A DNA stretch of 64,000 bases from Candidatus Saccharimonadales bacterium (lineage in GTDB: Bacteria > Patescibacteriota > Saccharimonadia > QS-5-54-17): contig JBBDUI010000002.1 of assembly GCA_040903985.1 (NCBI GenBank), positions 454,038 through 518,037 of the forward strand, given 5' to 3'. Position 1 is the stretch's first letter; each line of letters opens with the position of its first letter. The translations under genes and the position numbers were made by a program. Shown one piece after another: positions 1-8,547 of this stretch. Under the pieces are notes generated by a model that saw only the letters and a program-made list of their open reading frames with translations, ran no database searches and was not told the DNA's origin.

Positions 1-669
1 GTGGTTAACTCCTTTTGGGATATGGAGACCTCCGGCCTGACAACCAGCGCCGGCGGGGAAGGCAAGTCTACAGCTGATATGCTAGATGTCGCTACGTATA
101 CCACAGATCTGGCTAGTGCGGCTTGGGATTTCGATATGATTTGGCGTATCGATCCTTTATTTAACGATGGCTATCCTTACCTTTGGTGGCAGGCTGTCGA
201 GCCGGATCCGGAGTTGCACCGCTACGGTTTTACCAATCCGATTACCGGCAACTATGTAGTTCTAGAGGCCGACGTCGGTTGTGAGATTATCTCAGCTACT
301 ATGACACCTGAGACCAGTAATCAGCTAAAGGACGTGGCTTTCGATTACCCTCACGGTTTAATGAATTTTGTAATCGATTGCCGCACGCCGGGCTATACGA
401 CTACAATCACGCAGTATCACTACGATGTAGTTGGGGAGTACAATCTGCGTAAATATGATCCTAATATTCCCGCCTATTTTACGGTGAGTGATTCGACTCT
501 AACGGCCACTACTAACTCTGGACAGCCAGTCCTAGTAGTAGTTCACCAGGTGACGGATGGCGGCGAGCTCGATATCGATAGTATAAGCGATGGTATCATC
601 ACCGACCCGATCGGCCTGGCCGTTAATGTAGTCGGGGTACCTAATACTGGCCTCGGTGGGGGCAGGTAA
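1..669 (+). CDS. C-terminal part of a surface protein (GLUG-like repeat end, choice-of-anchor-U-like domain, terminal VPNTG sorting motif); 5' truncated by window
   Basis: NSFWDMETSG...WDF..IW..NDGYPYL segment; VTDGGELDIDSISDGIITDP motif; VPNTG near C-terminus; sortase gene follows. Confidence 0.7.
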   Translation: MVNSFWDMETSGLTTSAGGEGKSTADMLDVATYTTDLASAAWDFDMIWRIDPLFNDGYPYLWWQAVEPDPELHRYGFTNPITGNYVVLEADVGCEIISATMTPETSNQLKDVAFDYPHGLMNFVIDCRTPGYTTTITQYHYDVVGEYNLRKYDPNIPAYFTVSDSTLTATTNSGQPVLVVVHQVTDGGELDIDSISDGIITDPIGLAVNVVGVPNTGLGGGR

Positions 670-1324
670 TGATTTGGTAGTCCAGTCTAAGTTATCCCCG
701 CTGCAGTCCGAAACCGTGATAAGTCTGGTGCTAATTTTACTCACTGTAGTTGTGCTAGGTTACTTACCTTCGCCCAACACGACCAGCGAGGCCACGGCCC
801 CTACGCCCCTTACTTATTCGACCGATCGGCCGAGCGAAGAGCGGCCCACTAAGGACCGTTACCAGTGGCGCGGTGGGGCGGCAGACCCTAAATATATCGA
901 GCTACCGACCATTAAGAGCGAAGGCTTCATCCAGCCGGTGGGCGTAGACCAATATGAGCAAGTCGCGGTACCGGACAACATTCACCTGGCCGGCTGGTTC
1001 AGCGAGAGCGTACGGCCAGGTAAGCCAGGGTTGAGCATTATCGACGGACACGTCGATGGTCGCAGCAGTGACGGTATATTCAAACGGCTGGCTCAGTTAG
1101 CGGTGGGGGACAACTACAATATCGAGCTTGGTGATGGACGCAAAGTGTCGTTTAAGGTTACTGCCGTGCAAACAGTCGCTACTCACGCTGCTGCCGATGT
1201 ATTGTTCTCGCAGAGCCCCGGTATCAAACGTCAGCTTAACTTAATCACTTGCGGGGGTAGCTTTGACTCCGGCGCACGGGAGTATGAGCAGAGGGTGATC
1301 GTTAGCTCAGAAGCGCAGCTTTAA
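656..1324 (+). CDS. Class F sortase
   Basis: N-terminal TM, PGKPGLSIIDGHVD, LNLITC catalytic motif, R in YEQRVIV. Confidence 0.9.
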   Translation: MGAGNDLVVQSKLSPLQSETVISLVLILLTVVVLGYLPSPNTTSEATAPTPLTYSTDRPSEERPTKDRYQWRGGAADPKYIELPTIKSEGFIQPVGVDQYEQVAVPDNIHLAGWFSESVRPGKPGLSIIDGHVDGRSSDGIFKRLAQLAVGDNYNIELGDGRKVSFKVTAVQTVATHAAADVLFSQSPGIKRQLNLITCGGSFDSGAREYEQRVIVSSEAQL

Positions 1325-1338
1325 TATTTATAAGTACA

Positions 1339-1367
1339 TTGACAATATGTCAAGCTTATGCTAATAT
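1339..1367 (+). promoter_or_regulatory. Sigma70-type promoter
   Basis: TTGACA (1339-1344), 17 bp spacer, TAATAT (1362-1367). Confidence 0.6.
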
Positions 1368-1405
1368 CTAAGAACAATCAACTTAAAACAAACAGAAAGG
1401 AATCG

Positions 1406-1645
1406 ATGGAAACACTAACGCAAACTAACGCAGATAATTTAGAACTAAATGATCCTGATCGTGTAGCGGAAGGAGCCGCCGATCGCGCCGAAGCCGATGG
1501 TCGCTGGGCGGCCTGGGCTGAGAGTCACGGAACGGAATTCCAGTCTCCTACTGACGCACCTGGCTCTGGGGAGCAGGAGCAGTCCGAACTTAGTCTAGCT
1601 AGCTCTGATAGGGATAGCACTGGGGTCGAAGAGCTAACTCAGTAG
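1406..1645 (+). CDS. Small acidic hypothetical protein
   Basis: ORF with AGAAAGGA RBS before ATG 1406, promoter upstream, terminator downstream. Confidence 0.6.
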   Translation: METLTQTNADNLELNDPDRVAEGAADRAEADGRWAAWAESHGTEFQSPTDAPGSGEQEQSELSLASSDRDSTGVEELTQ

Positions 1646-1662
1646 GACACTTGGAACTTACC

Positions 1663-1694
1663 CTAAAGGGGCCGGACATTCGGTCCCTTTTTAG
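1663..1694 (+). terminator. Intrinsic terminator-like hairpin
   Basis: AAAGGGGCCGG-ACAT-TCGGTCCCTTTTT stem with T tract, between convergent genes. Confidence 0.6.
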
Positions 1695-1729
1695 TTTGGT
1701 TAGATAATTGCGATTACTTAACCGCCAAA

Positions 1730-2425
1730 CTAGTCCTGATAGAAATAGACGAAGTTGTAGTTACCGTAATAGTAGTTGCCATCCAGTGCCGGTACCCAGG
1801 CGCTGTCGACGCGGTGGGGCGTATAGCTGTACAGTGCCGCTGTAGCGCAACTGCCGAGTCGGGTAGCCCGACCATCGATCATGGTAACGTGGCCGCGATA
1901 CCAGCGCGGTGCGACTCTCCAGCCTAGCCAGCTCGTTTTATCTCCACAGGCACGGTCATAACCGACGCGTAGTAGGGTGGCACCGAGCTGGATCTGATTA
2001 GAAAACCCGAAGAAGTCGGCCGCACAGTCTGCCCCATCCGGGCAGCCATAGCCCATGGCCGTCCGGTACTGCCAGGTTTGAGGGTCTTTGGCCGTGACCA
2101 GGGAGTTTTCTTTCTGTAGGGTTATCAGGATAACCTGGGGGTTGAGGCCGATCTCTGCAGCGGTGGTGGCGATAATCTCCGCCGCTGTCCGCCCGGTAGT
2201 TGGATCTTGGTAGCTCTTCAGACATAAGCTACCTTCACAGTCAGCCCCCTTAGCCTCTAGAAAGTTCTGGATGGCGGTGGCATTAAAGCTAAGGTCACTA
2301 GTGAAAAACCGGTCATCGATGATGTGGTGGGTGTGAGCAGGCTCGACTCGAGGCGAAATAGCGTTTATACCGCTAGGGTTAGGTAGAAGGAGCGCTAGGA
2401 TTAGTAGGAGAGTTGGCTTCCACAT
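1730..2425 (-). CDS. Secreted protein with putative cell-wall-hydrolase-like domain
   Basis: Signal peptide; NPQVILITLQKENSL, AMGYGCPD, ATAALYSYTPH motifs recalled from actinobacterial/CPR secreted proteins. Confidence 0.6.
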   Translation of the reverse strand: MWKPTLLLILALLLPNPSGINAISPRVEPAHTHHIIDDRFFTSDLSFNATAIQNFLEAKGADCEGSLCLKSYQDPTTGRTAAEIIATTAAEIGLNPQVILITLQKENSLVTAKDPQTWQYRTAMGYGCPDGADCAADFFGFSNQIQLGATLLRVGYDRACGDKTSWLGWRVAPRWYRGHVTMIDGRATRLGSCATAALYSYTPHRVDSAWVPALDGNYYYGNYNFVYFYQD

Positions 2426-2620
2426 AATCTAATTATACGTTTCTTGTCTTAATTAAGTTGGATTAAACTTCTTCCTATCTGTCCGCCCTAAAATTAGCCG
2501 ACAGCAAGTACCTCCCTAGTCGCTGGCACCCGCTATGCGGTATTATAGGGGTAGTGAACGCTTACGGTTAAAGTTAATATTCATGCTACAAACGTTAGCT
2601 AAGAAGGTAGTAGTATCATA

Positions 2621-2971
2621 ATGAGTAAGTTCAGATTTAAGCGTACTAAGACCAGCAGGCCGACAGCTCAAGCGGCGCTGAATTGGAGCGGTCTGCAACC
2701 TTTAGCAGATGAAACGCCGGGCTATCTATTCGACACGACTGAACCACTCGAGAGGGTGGAGCCAACGACTCCAAGTGAGACAGTCGGTCGTAGTGGTCTG
2801 CAGCCAATTTTTATTGATTCAATCGGTACTTCAGCTACCTCAAGCACTATCTCCGATCTGCCTCCTTCTAGTCCCCCTCGACCAGTCCATAACCCGGAGC
2901 CGTCGCCACAGACTACCCCGCCACCCACTCGGCCAGCGTGGCGACCGCATCGTCTAGACGGACTGTCTTAG
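2621..2971 (+). CDS. Pro/Thr-rich, probably disordered hypothetical protein
   Basis: 116 aa ORF filling the gap; no recognisable motif. Confidence 0.4.
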   Translation: MSKFRFKRTKTSRPTAQAALNWSGLQPLADETPGYLFDTTEPLERVEPTTPSETVGRSGLQPIFIDSIGTSATSSTISDLPPSSPPRPVHNPEPSPQTTPPPTRPAWRPHRLDGLS

Positions 2972-3014
2972 CTTAATATCTGAGTTGGTCCGTTAGCTTT
3001 GTTATACTGGGGCC

Positions 3015-3824
3015 ATGAGAAAGCTACGTCTTATAAGCGGTGTAATCCTAGTCTTTGCAGCTCTAGCATACGGTAGTTGGTGGTATACCGATCAGGCTAA
3101 CACTGCCACGGCTAATTCTCGGCCAACAAGTGACGTTACTATTACGGCTAGCCAAGCCGAGCAGTGGGTGGCCGCTTGGTATGCGGCTGACCTAGCCGCC
3201 GCAGAACTTCTGACCACTCCGCCGGCTATTACCGGTGATAATGCAGCCGATACGCGCATTCAGCAACTAGCTGAGCGCCGTGGTTATCGCCTCCAGCCTG
3301 TAGCGGAGGGCGAGTTGGTCGAGTATGAAGGGGTGGAGCTACAGCCGGTGGTGATCCCGGCATGGAAAGAGCTAAGAGCTATAGCTGAGGCCGAGGGTTT
3401 ACGTCTCGGTCTGGCAGCCGGTTACAGCTCGATCGAGACAGAGCGTCAGCTGTTCTTAGCCGAACTAGAGGCGCGGGCAGAGGCACTTATCGGCCGAAGT
3501 TATACCTCGGCTCAGATTGCTAGTGGTACGGCCGATGTCATAATTAACGATATCCTGCGCTCTCAGCCCGCGCCGGGCTACTCGAAACATCACGCTGGTT
3601 ATGCTATAGATATTAGCGACTTGAGCCTAGAGGGCTCTGAGCTCAATTTTCGTGATGGTCCGGTCTATGCTTGGTTAGCAGCCGATGCTTATGCTAACGC
3701 TCGGCGCTTCGGTTTTCTACCTAGCTATCCGGCTGGTGGGCCAAGTCAGGAACTGGATAGGGGTGAGCCAAATGAGTTTATCTGGGTGGATATAATTTGC
3801 ATCAATGCGGAGTGTAGCGAATAG
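3015..3824 (+). CDS. M15B (VanY-like) D,D-carboxypeptidase homolog, active site altered
   Basis: N-terminal TM; PGYSKHHAGYAIDI (SxHxxGxAxD); WL..AYANARRFGF..SYP; EPNE instead of EPWH. Confidence 0.75.
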   Translation: MRKLRLISGVILVFAALAYGSWWYTDQANTATANSRPTSDVTITASQAEQWVAAWYAADLAAAELLTTPPAITGDNAADTRIQQLAERRGYRLQPVAEGELVEYEGVELQPVVIPAWKELRAIAEAEGLRLGLAAGYSSIETERQLFLAELEARAEALIGRSYTSAQIASGTADVIINDILRSQPAPGYSKHHAGYAIDISDLSLEGSELNFRDGPVYAWLAADAYANARRFGFLPSYPAGGPSQELDRGEPNEFIWVDIICINAECSE

Positions 3825-3916
3825 ATCCCGAGGGATTGCTGTGTGGCTAGGGGATAGTTTACTTGCTGTTATGGATTATATATTGTATAGTAACTTAAGA
3901 TAAGAGGTTACAAGCT

Positions 3917-4201
3917 ATGTCAACGCCTGAAGGATTGAGCAACGAAACATATTCGGATCCTATAATAGTTACAGGAGATTTAGACCCCTCGCAATTGCCC
4001 GGTGCGTTAAAATCGGGTCTATTAGGGAGGACTGCATGCCTACCTTTCTCAGAAGGTCGTAGTCCAGCTTCGGTTGAAAAAGAACTTGAAGTCTACGCTG
4101 CAGTATCTACTTCTTGGACCATTAATGAAACTAAAATTACTGCCGATAGTAAGTGTCCTCGTTGGCGTAAATGTTCAGATTGTCCTAACGCTAATTCGTA
4201 A
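3917..4201 (+). CDS. Hypothetical protein with Cys-rich C-terminus
   Basis: 94 aa ORF, AAGAGG RBS, CPRWRKCSDC tail. Confidence 0.5.
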   Translation: MSTPEGLSNETYSDPIIVTGDLDPSQLPGALKSGLLGRTACLPFSEGRSPASVEKELEVYAAVSTSWTINETKITADSKCPRWRKCSDCPNANS

Positions 4202-4240
4202 GCTCATACAGTTGTTAGGAGTATATTAATTCCATAAATA

Positions 4241-4270
4241 ACAAACCTCCGCTAAAAAGCGGAGGTTTGT
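4241..4270. terminator. Bidirectional intrinsic terminator
   Basis: ACAAACCTCCGCT-AAAA-AGCGGAGGTTTGT perfect 13 bp stem between convergent genes. Confidence 0.8.
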
Positions 4271-4291
4271 CTTAGCTTTAAGCTTAAAGGC

Positions 4292-4540
4292 TTATTGCTT
4301 AGGTCGAGCGAGGTCAACCCGTAGGTTGCGGCCTTCAAACTCTTTTTCGTTCAACTGAGCAACGGCTGCTTCAGCTTCTTCATCGCTGGACATTTCCACG
4401 AATCCGAATCCCTTTGAGCGTCCGGTCTCACGGTCAGTGATGACCGCTACTGAAACGACAGTTCCAGCTTGAGCGAAGTGCTCTCCGAGGGCTTCCTCAG
4501 TTGTTCGATACGGCAGATTGCCGACATATAGTTTTGCCAT
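4292..4540 (-). CDS. RRM (RNP-1) RNA-binding protein
   Basis: KLYVGNL (RNP2) and KGFGFVEM (RNP1) motifs. Confidence 0.95.
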   Translation of the reverse strand: MAKLYVGNLPYRTTEEALGEHFAQAGTVVSVAVITDRETGRSKGFGFVEMSSDEEAEAAVAQLNEKEFEGRNLRVDLARPKQ

Positions 4541-4724
4541 TATTTGGCTCCTTTTTAATTAGCGCTAACTCGTTCGGTTCGGTGTTAGGCTAATGAGAGC
4601 CAATAACGATACGCGAGACCTTTAAGTCAGTCGAGCTTATTGTAGGTGTTTTATAGCGGTTTGGCAAGCAAGTTATTTCTGGACTAATTGCCGCTAGTCT
4701 CAAAGGCGGTATATATAGCCCAAC

Positions 4725-6185
4725 CTAGGGGTTAGATTGCTGCAGCCAAGTAGTAGCGAATTTGTGCGCCTCCTCGGCATTATCAATCTCGTGGTTAAGG
4801 TAGGCGTCCTCGAGGGCCATTAGCACTTCGCCAAGAAGTGGGCCCGGGGAGAGATCGAACTGCTGCTGCAGCCATTTGCCATCGATACCAAGGTCGTCCT
4901 TCAGCGAAGGGGGGTGGGTTTTACGCTGTCGCTGGAACTCCTGCCAGAGCCGCTCTAAGCGGCTAAAGTCCCCGGGACCATCATCGATCACGCCACTGGC
5001 GGTCTTGCTCCAAGCGGCATGGGCGTCGGCCCGATGTAGCTCCAGGAGATCTGCAAAAGCGGAATGGTGCATAAAGTTCTCCGCTCGTCGCGGCCGCATC
5101 TGAGGCAGCTCATCGATAGCTAGATGGTAATGAATCATCCAAGCCACCTCGGATTGAAAGCTGGTAGAAAAACGCAGCCGCTCAAGTACCGTGCGGGCTA
5201 GCTCGGCTCCTAGACGGTGGTGGTCATCGAATCGAATTCGGTCGCCGGTCTCACTCTGACTGCGATAAGACGGAACCTTACCGATGTCATGTAGTAGAGT
5301 CGCCCAGGCCAGGCGGGGCGAAACGATATCAGGTAGATAGCCGATACTAAGCAAGCTATGGGTAAATACGTCGCCTTCGGCGTGCAGATTGTCCGGTTGA
5401 GGTACGGCTTTAGTGGCGGATAGTTCGGGTAGTAGCTGTTCTAACCCGCCCAACCGATCGAGCTCTTCAATCGCCTGACGACGGCTAGGGTGCATTAGTA
5501 GTCGGCTGAGTTCAAATTTAACCCGATCGACGGCGATATCGGCAAGTTTGCCGTGAGCTATAGCTGTTTGGAGGGCAGTTTCCGTCTGGGGGTCGAAACT
5601 GAAATCGAGCTGAACCTTAAGTCGGATACCGCGGAGAATGCGCAGCGGGTCCTCTTGAATTCGCTGCTCTGGGTCGCCGATGAAGCGGACTACTTTACGG
5701 CCAAGGTCTTCGATACCCCCGGTCTGGTCGACTACTTGGTCGCTAATGGGGTCAAGCGCTAGAGCGTTAATAGTAAAGTCGCGGCGCTGCAGATCGTCAA
5801 TTAGGGAAGCGAAAGCAATCTTGGTTTGAGTGCGTCCTAGGTGCGCTTCGATATCCTGCCGGTAGGTAGCTATCTCGAGCTCGATCTCATGCGTGCTAGA
5901 GCTGTCGGCCTTCGGGACAGAGACGTAGACGCGCGTCACCCCGTAGGCTTGGGCAGTATCTTTGTAGTGAGAGCGCACAAACTCAGGACAAGCTAGGATG
6001 TCTTCCGGTCGGGCATTAGTGGCTAGGTCGAAATCCTTTGGGGTGCGTCCGAGTAGGATATCCCGGACGGCACCGCCGATGATGTAAGCCTCAAACCCGG
6101 CACTATTTAAGATATCGGCCGCTCGCCGGGCGGCCGCATAGTGGGGCCAGTCGGTTTCAGGGTGGTTATGCAGGGCTGTATCCAT
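4725..6185 (-). CDS. cca: CCA tRNA nucleotidyltransferase with HD domain
   Basis: GGAVRD, DFDLAT, RRDFTINALA, EDPLRILR, HD motif LLHDIGK; start at 6185 chosen from TACAAT-6nt-ATG. Confidence 0.9.
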   Translation of the reverse strand: MDTALHNHPETDWPHYAAARRAADILNSAGFEAYIIGGAVRDILLGRTPKDFDLATNARPEDILACPEFVRSHYKDTAQAYGVTRVYVSVPKADSSSTHEIELEIATYRQDIEAHLGRTQTKIAFASLIDDLQRRDFTINALALDPISDQVVDQTGGIEDLGRKVVRFIGDPEQRIQEDPLRILRGIRLKVQLDFSFDPQTETALQTAIAHGKLADIAVDRVKFELSRLLMHPSRRQAIEELDRLGGLEQLLPELSATKAVPQPDNLHAEGDVFTHSLLSIGYLPDIVSPRLAWATLLHDIGKVPSYRSQSETGDRIRFDDHHRLGAELARTVLERLRFSTSFQSEVAWMIHYHLAIDELPQMRPRRAENFMHHSAFADLLELHRADAHAAWSKTASGVIDDGPGDFSRLERLWQEFQRQRKTHPPSLKDDLGIDGKWLQQQFDLSPGPLLGEVLMALEDAYLNHEIDNAEEAHKFATTWLQQSNP

Positions 6186-6273
6186 AGTGTCATTGTACCG
6201 CACAACCCTTGTGCTTATATGCCACGTAGCAGCAGAGATAAGAGAGTTGTGTCCCAGACTGTATAATCATATT

Positions 6274-6495
6274 ATGTCGCACAGTCATAAGGTATTCGTA
6301 GCTACTATGATGGCTATAGTAGTGGCCAGTGTAGCGGCCTATCTCCTACTTGATGAGGGGTGGTTTCAGGCTTTACTGCCGTTTTCTATCAATCAGCGGG
6401 TCGAGACATTTAGTGTGTTTGCCGTCTTCTTTATCTTCATTTTTGACGTTTTGGTATTTGCTATCGAGACACCGGTTAGCCAACGCACTAAGTAA
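6274..6495 (+). CDS. Small two-TM membrane protein
   Basis: Two hydrophobic helices; TATAAT 6 nt before ATG 6274. Confidence 0.55.
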   Translation: MSHSHKVFVATMMAIVVASVAAYLLLDEGWFQALLPFSINQRVETFSVFAVFFIFIFDVLVFAIETPVSQRTK

Positions 6496-6536
6496 GTGCT
6501 TGACGAGTATAATCGGCCAGCGTAACGTAGAGTCTT

Positions 6537-7133
6537 ATGGCTCAGCTTATCATCTCATTCTTAGTCTTAATGAATCCGTTCGCGCTTTTTGTCTATCTGT
6601 TGCCGTTAAAGCGGGAGTTAGGGCTGTCAAGCTTTATCCAGATTCTGTTGCGGGCCAGCTTAATCTCTTTCATCATCTATGTCCTCTTTGCTCTATTTGG
6701 ACAGCAGATCTTCAGTACACTATTGAAGATAGACTTTGATTCATTTCGGATCTTCGGTGGAATAGTGGTGGCTAGTTTTGCCCTTAGCTTTATTCTACAA
6801 GGGAAAAAATCGTTGATTACGACTCGTGGCGAGCTATCCTCGATCGCAGCTGAAGTAGCGCTACCGTTTATGGTTGGTGCCGCTACTATTACTCTTAGCA
6901 TCTTAATCGGTCGCTCACTCTCAGTTATAAATGCAATCGCTACCATCGGTGCCGCCATGAGCATTAACGCAATCATCATCGTGCTATTAGCTCTATTCCG
7001 TCAAACTTTAAAGAACCGCATGCTGGAGGTGTTCGATAAGAATATGGATATCGTTTTACGGGTGAACGGTTTTTTTGTCGGCGCCATTGGGGTCGACTTA
7101 ATTATCACTGGTATCCGTGGCTTGACGGGATAG
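6537..7133 (+). CDS. MarC family membrane protein
   Basis: LMNPF, SFRIFGGI, LPFMVGAATI motifs; about six TM helices. Confidence 0.9.
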   Translation: MAQLIISFLVLMNPFALFVYLLPLKRELGLSSFIQILLRASLISFIIYVLFALFGQQIFSTLLKIDFDSFRIFGGIVVASFALSFILQGKKSLITTRGELSSIAAEVALPFMVGAATITLSILIGRSLSVINAIATIGAAMSINAIIIVLLALFRQTLKNRMLEVFDKNMDIVLRVNGFFVGAIGVDLIITGIRGLTG

Positions 7134-7135
7134 CG

Positions 7136-8332
7136 CTACTCTGCTGCCGGCCAGATAGCAGTATCCTCTAGCTCTTGGGGTAGAAAGCCGGCTTCGGGCT
7201 TAAAATCGGCCTGCCACTTATAGTCTTGGCCGTAACCGAGATCTTTCATTAGTTGGGTCGGGGCGTTACGGACATGTAGAGGAACTGGAGCGTCCGGGTA
7301 GGCTTTGGCCGCCTGTAACGCTGCTCCCATGGCATCGGCTACGGCACGGGACTTGGGCGAACGGGCCAGCACACTAGCACAGTGAAAAAGACTGTACTGG
7401 GCTTCCGGCAGACCGATGCGCTCGACCGCTTCGAAAGTTGCTACGGCTAAGTTCAGCGCGCCGTTTACCGCGATACCGATGTCTTCGCTGGCAAATATGA
7501 CCAGACGGCGGGCGATAAATTTGGGATCCTCTCCGGCCGCTAACATGCGGGCTAGATAGTAGAGCGAAGCGTCGATATCACTACCGCGCAGTGATTTTAT
7601 AAAGGCGGAGATAAGGTTGTAGTGCATCTCGCCAGCCTTATCGAAGCCAGGGATACGAGTCTGTGCCGCCGTCTTTACTATCTTTGGGGTCACCTGCTTA
7701 CCCTGACTAATCTGCAGACTTAGTTCTAGGGTGTTAAGAGCGGTCCGAGCGTCTCCGGCTGAGACCTCTACTAGATATTCCAGTCCCTTGGAGCTGAGAC
7801 GGCTAAGCGACTTTAGCCGTTTAGCCGCACTGCGGACGATCGTTTTAATCTCTTCTGGCTTGAGCGGCTCTAGCACTAGTACACGGCTGCGGGAGAGTAG
7901 TGGACGGATAACTTCGAAACTGGGATTCTCAGTGGTAGCACCAATGAGAGTGATAAGCCCGCTTTCTACGTGGGGCAGGAAGGCGTCTTGCTGAGCCTTG
8001 TTGAAGCGATGGATTTCATCGACAAAGAGGATAGTGTTGAGCTGTAAGCGTTGGTTCTCCTCGGCTCGCTTAATCACTTGGCGTACATCTTCCAGTCGAG
8101 CGGTGACTGCACTGACCTCGACAAAATCGGCCTCGGTGATCTGGGCTAGAATGCGGGCCAGTGTCGTCTTGCCACTGCCCGGTGGTCCCCAGAGGATGAG
8201 CGAGCTGAGCTGCTTCTGCTCGGCCAATTGACGGACTAGTCCGTCTGGGCCCAAAAGATGTTCTTGGCCGATAAAGTCGCTTAGCTCCTGTGGGCGCATC
8301 TGTTCAGCTAGTGGGGTGTACGTCGACTCCAT
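7136..8332 (-). CDS. rarA: Replication-associated recombination protein A (MgsA/RarA)
   Basis: PLAEQMRP, GPPGSGKTT, DEIHRFNKAQQD, SAFIKSLRGSD, ASEDIG. Confidence 0.95.
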   Translation of the reverse strand: MESTYTPLAEQMRPQELSDFIGQEHLLGPDGLVRQLAEQKQLSSLILWGPPGSGKTTLARILAQITEADFVEVSAVTARLEDVRQVIKRAEENQRLQLNTILFVDEIHRFNKAQQDAFLPHVESGLITLIGATTENPSFEVIRPLLSRSRVLVLEPLKPEEIKTIVRSAAKRLKSLSRLSSKGLEYLVEVSAGDARTALNTLELSLQISQGKQVTPKIVKTAAQTRIPGFDKAGEMHYNLISAFIKSLRGSDIDASLYYLARMLAAGEDPKFIARRLVIFASEDIGIAVNGALNLAVATFEAVERIGLPEAQYSLFHCASVLARSPKSRAVADAMGAALQAAKAYPDAPVPLHVRNAPTQLMKDLGYGQDYKWQADFKPEAGFLPQELEDTAIWPAAE

Positions 8333-8352
8333 ATCGTCCAGTATAGCATTCC

Positions 8353-8369
8353 ATTCGCTTTATGTTCGC
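8353..8369. promoter_or_regulatory. Putative SOS/LexA-like operator (RTTC-N7-GTWC)
   Basis: ATTCGCTTTATGTTCGC, 14/17 identical to the box inside the recA promoter. Confidence 0.5.
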
Positions 8370-8407
8370 CTAATTCTATACATGCGACCTCCTGCCCCAC
8401 CACCCAA

Positions 8408-8447
8408 AATCTTCAAAAAGTGTCCGATCGGACACTTTTTGAAGATT
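8408..8447. repeat. Perfect 40 bp loopless palindrome, copy 1
   Basis: AATCTTCAAAAAGTGTCCGA|TCGGACACTTTTTGAAGATT; recurs at 36267 and 41984. Confidence 0.95.
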
Positions 8448-8547
8448 ATTTATAATCCTAGCACTGGCAATGGGTGATAACGTGCTCGAGAGGGTAGGAA
8501 TTAGTAGGGATAGATACGGGTAGGCCATAGTTTATACTAGGCTTTAC

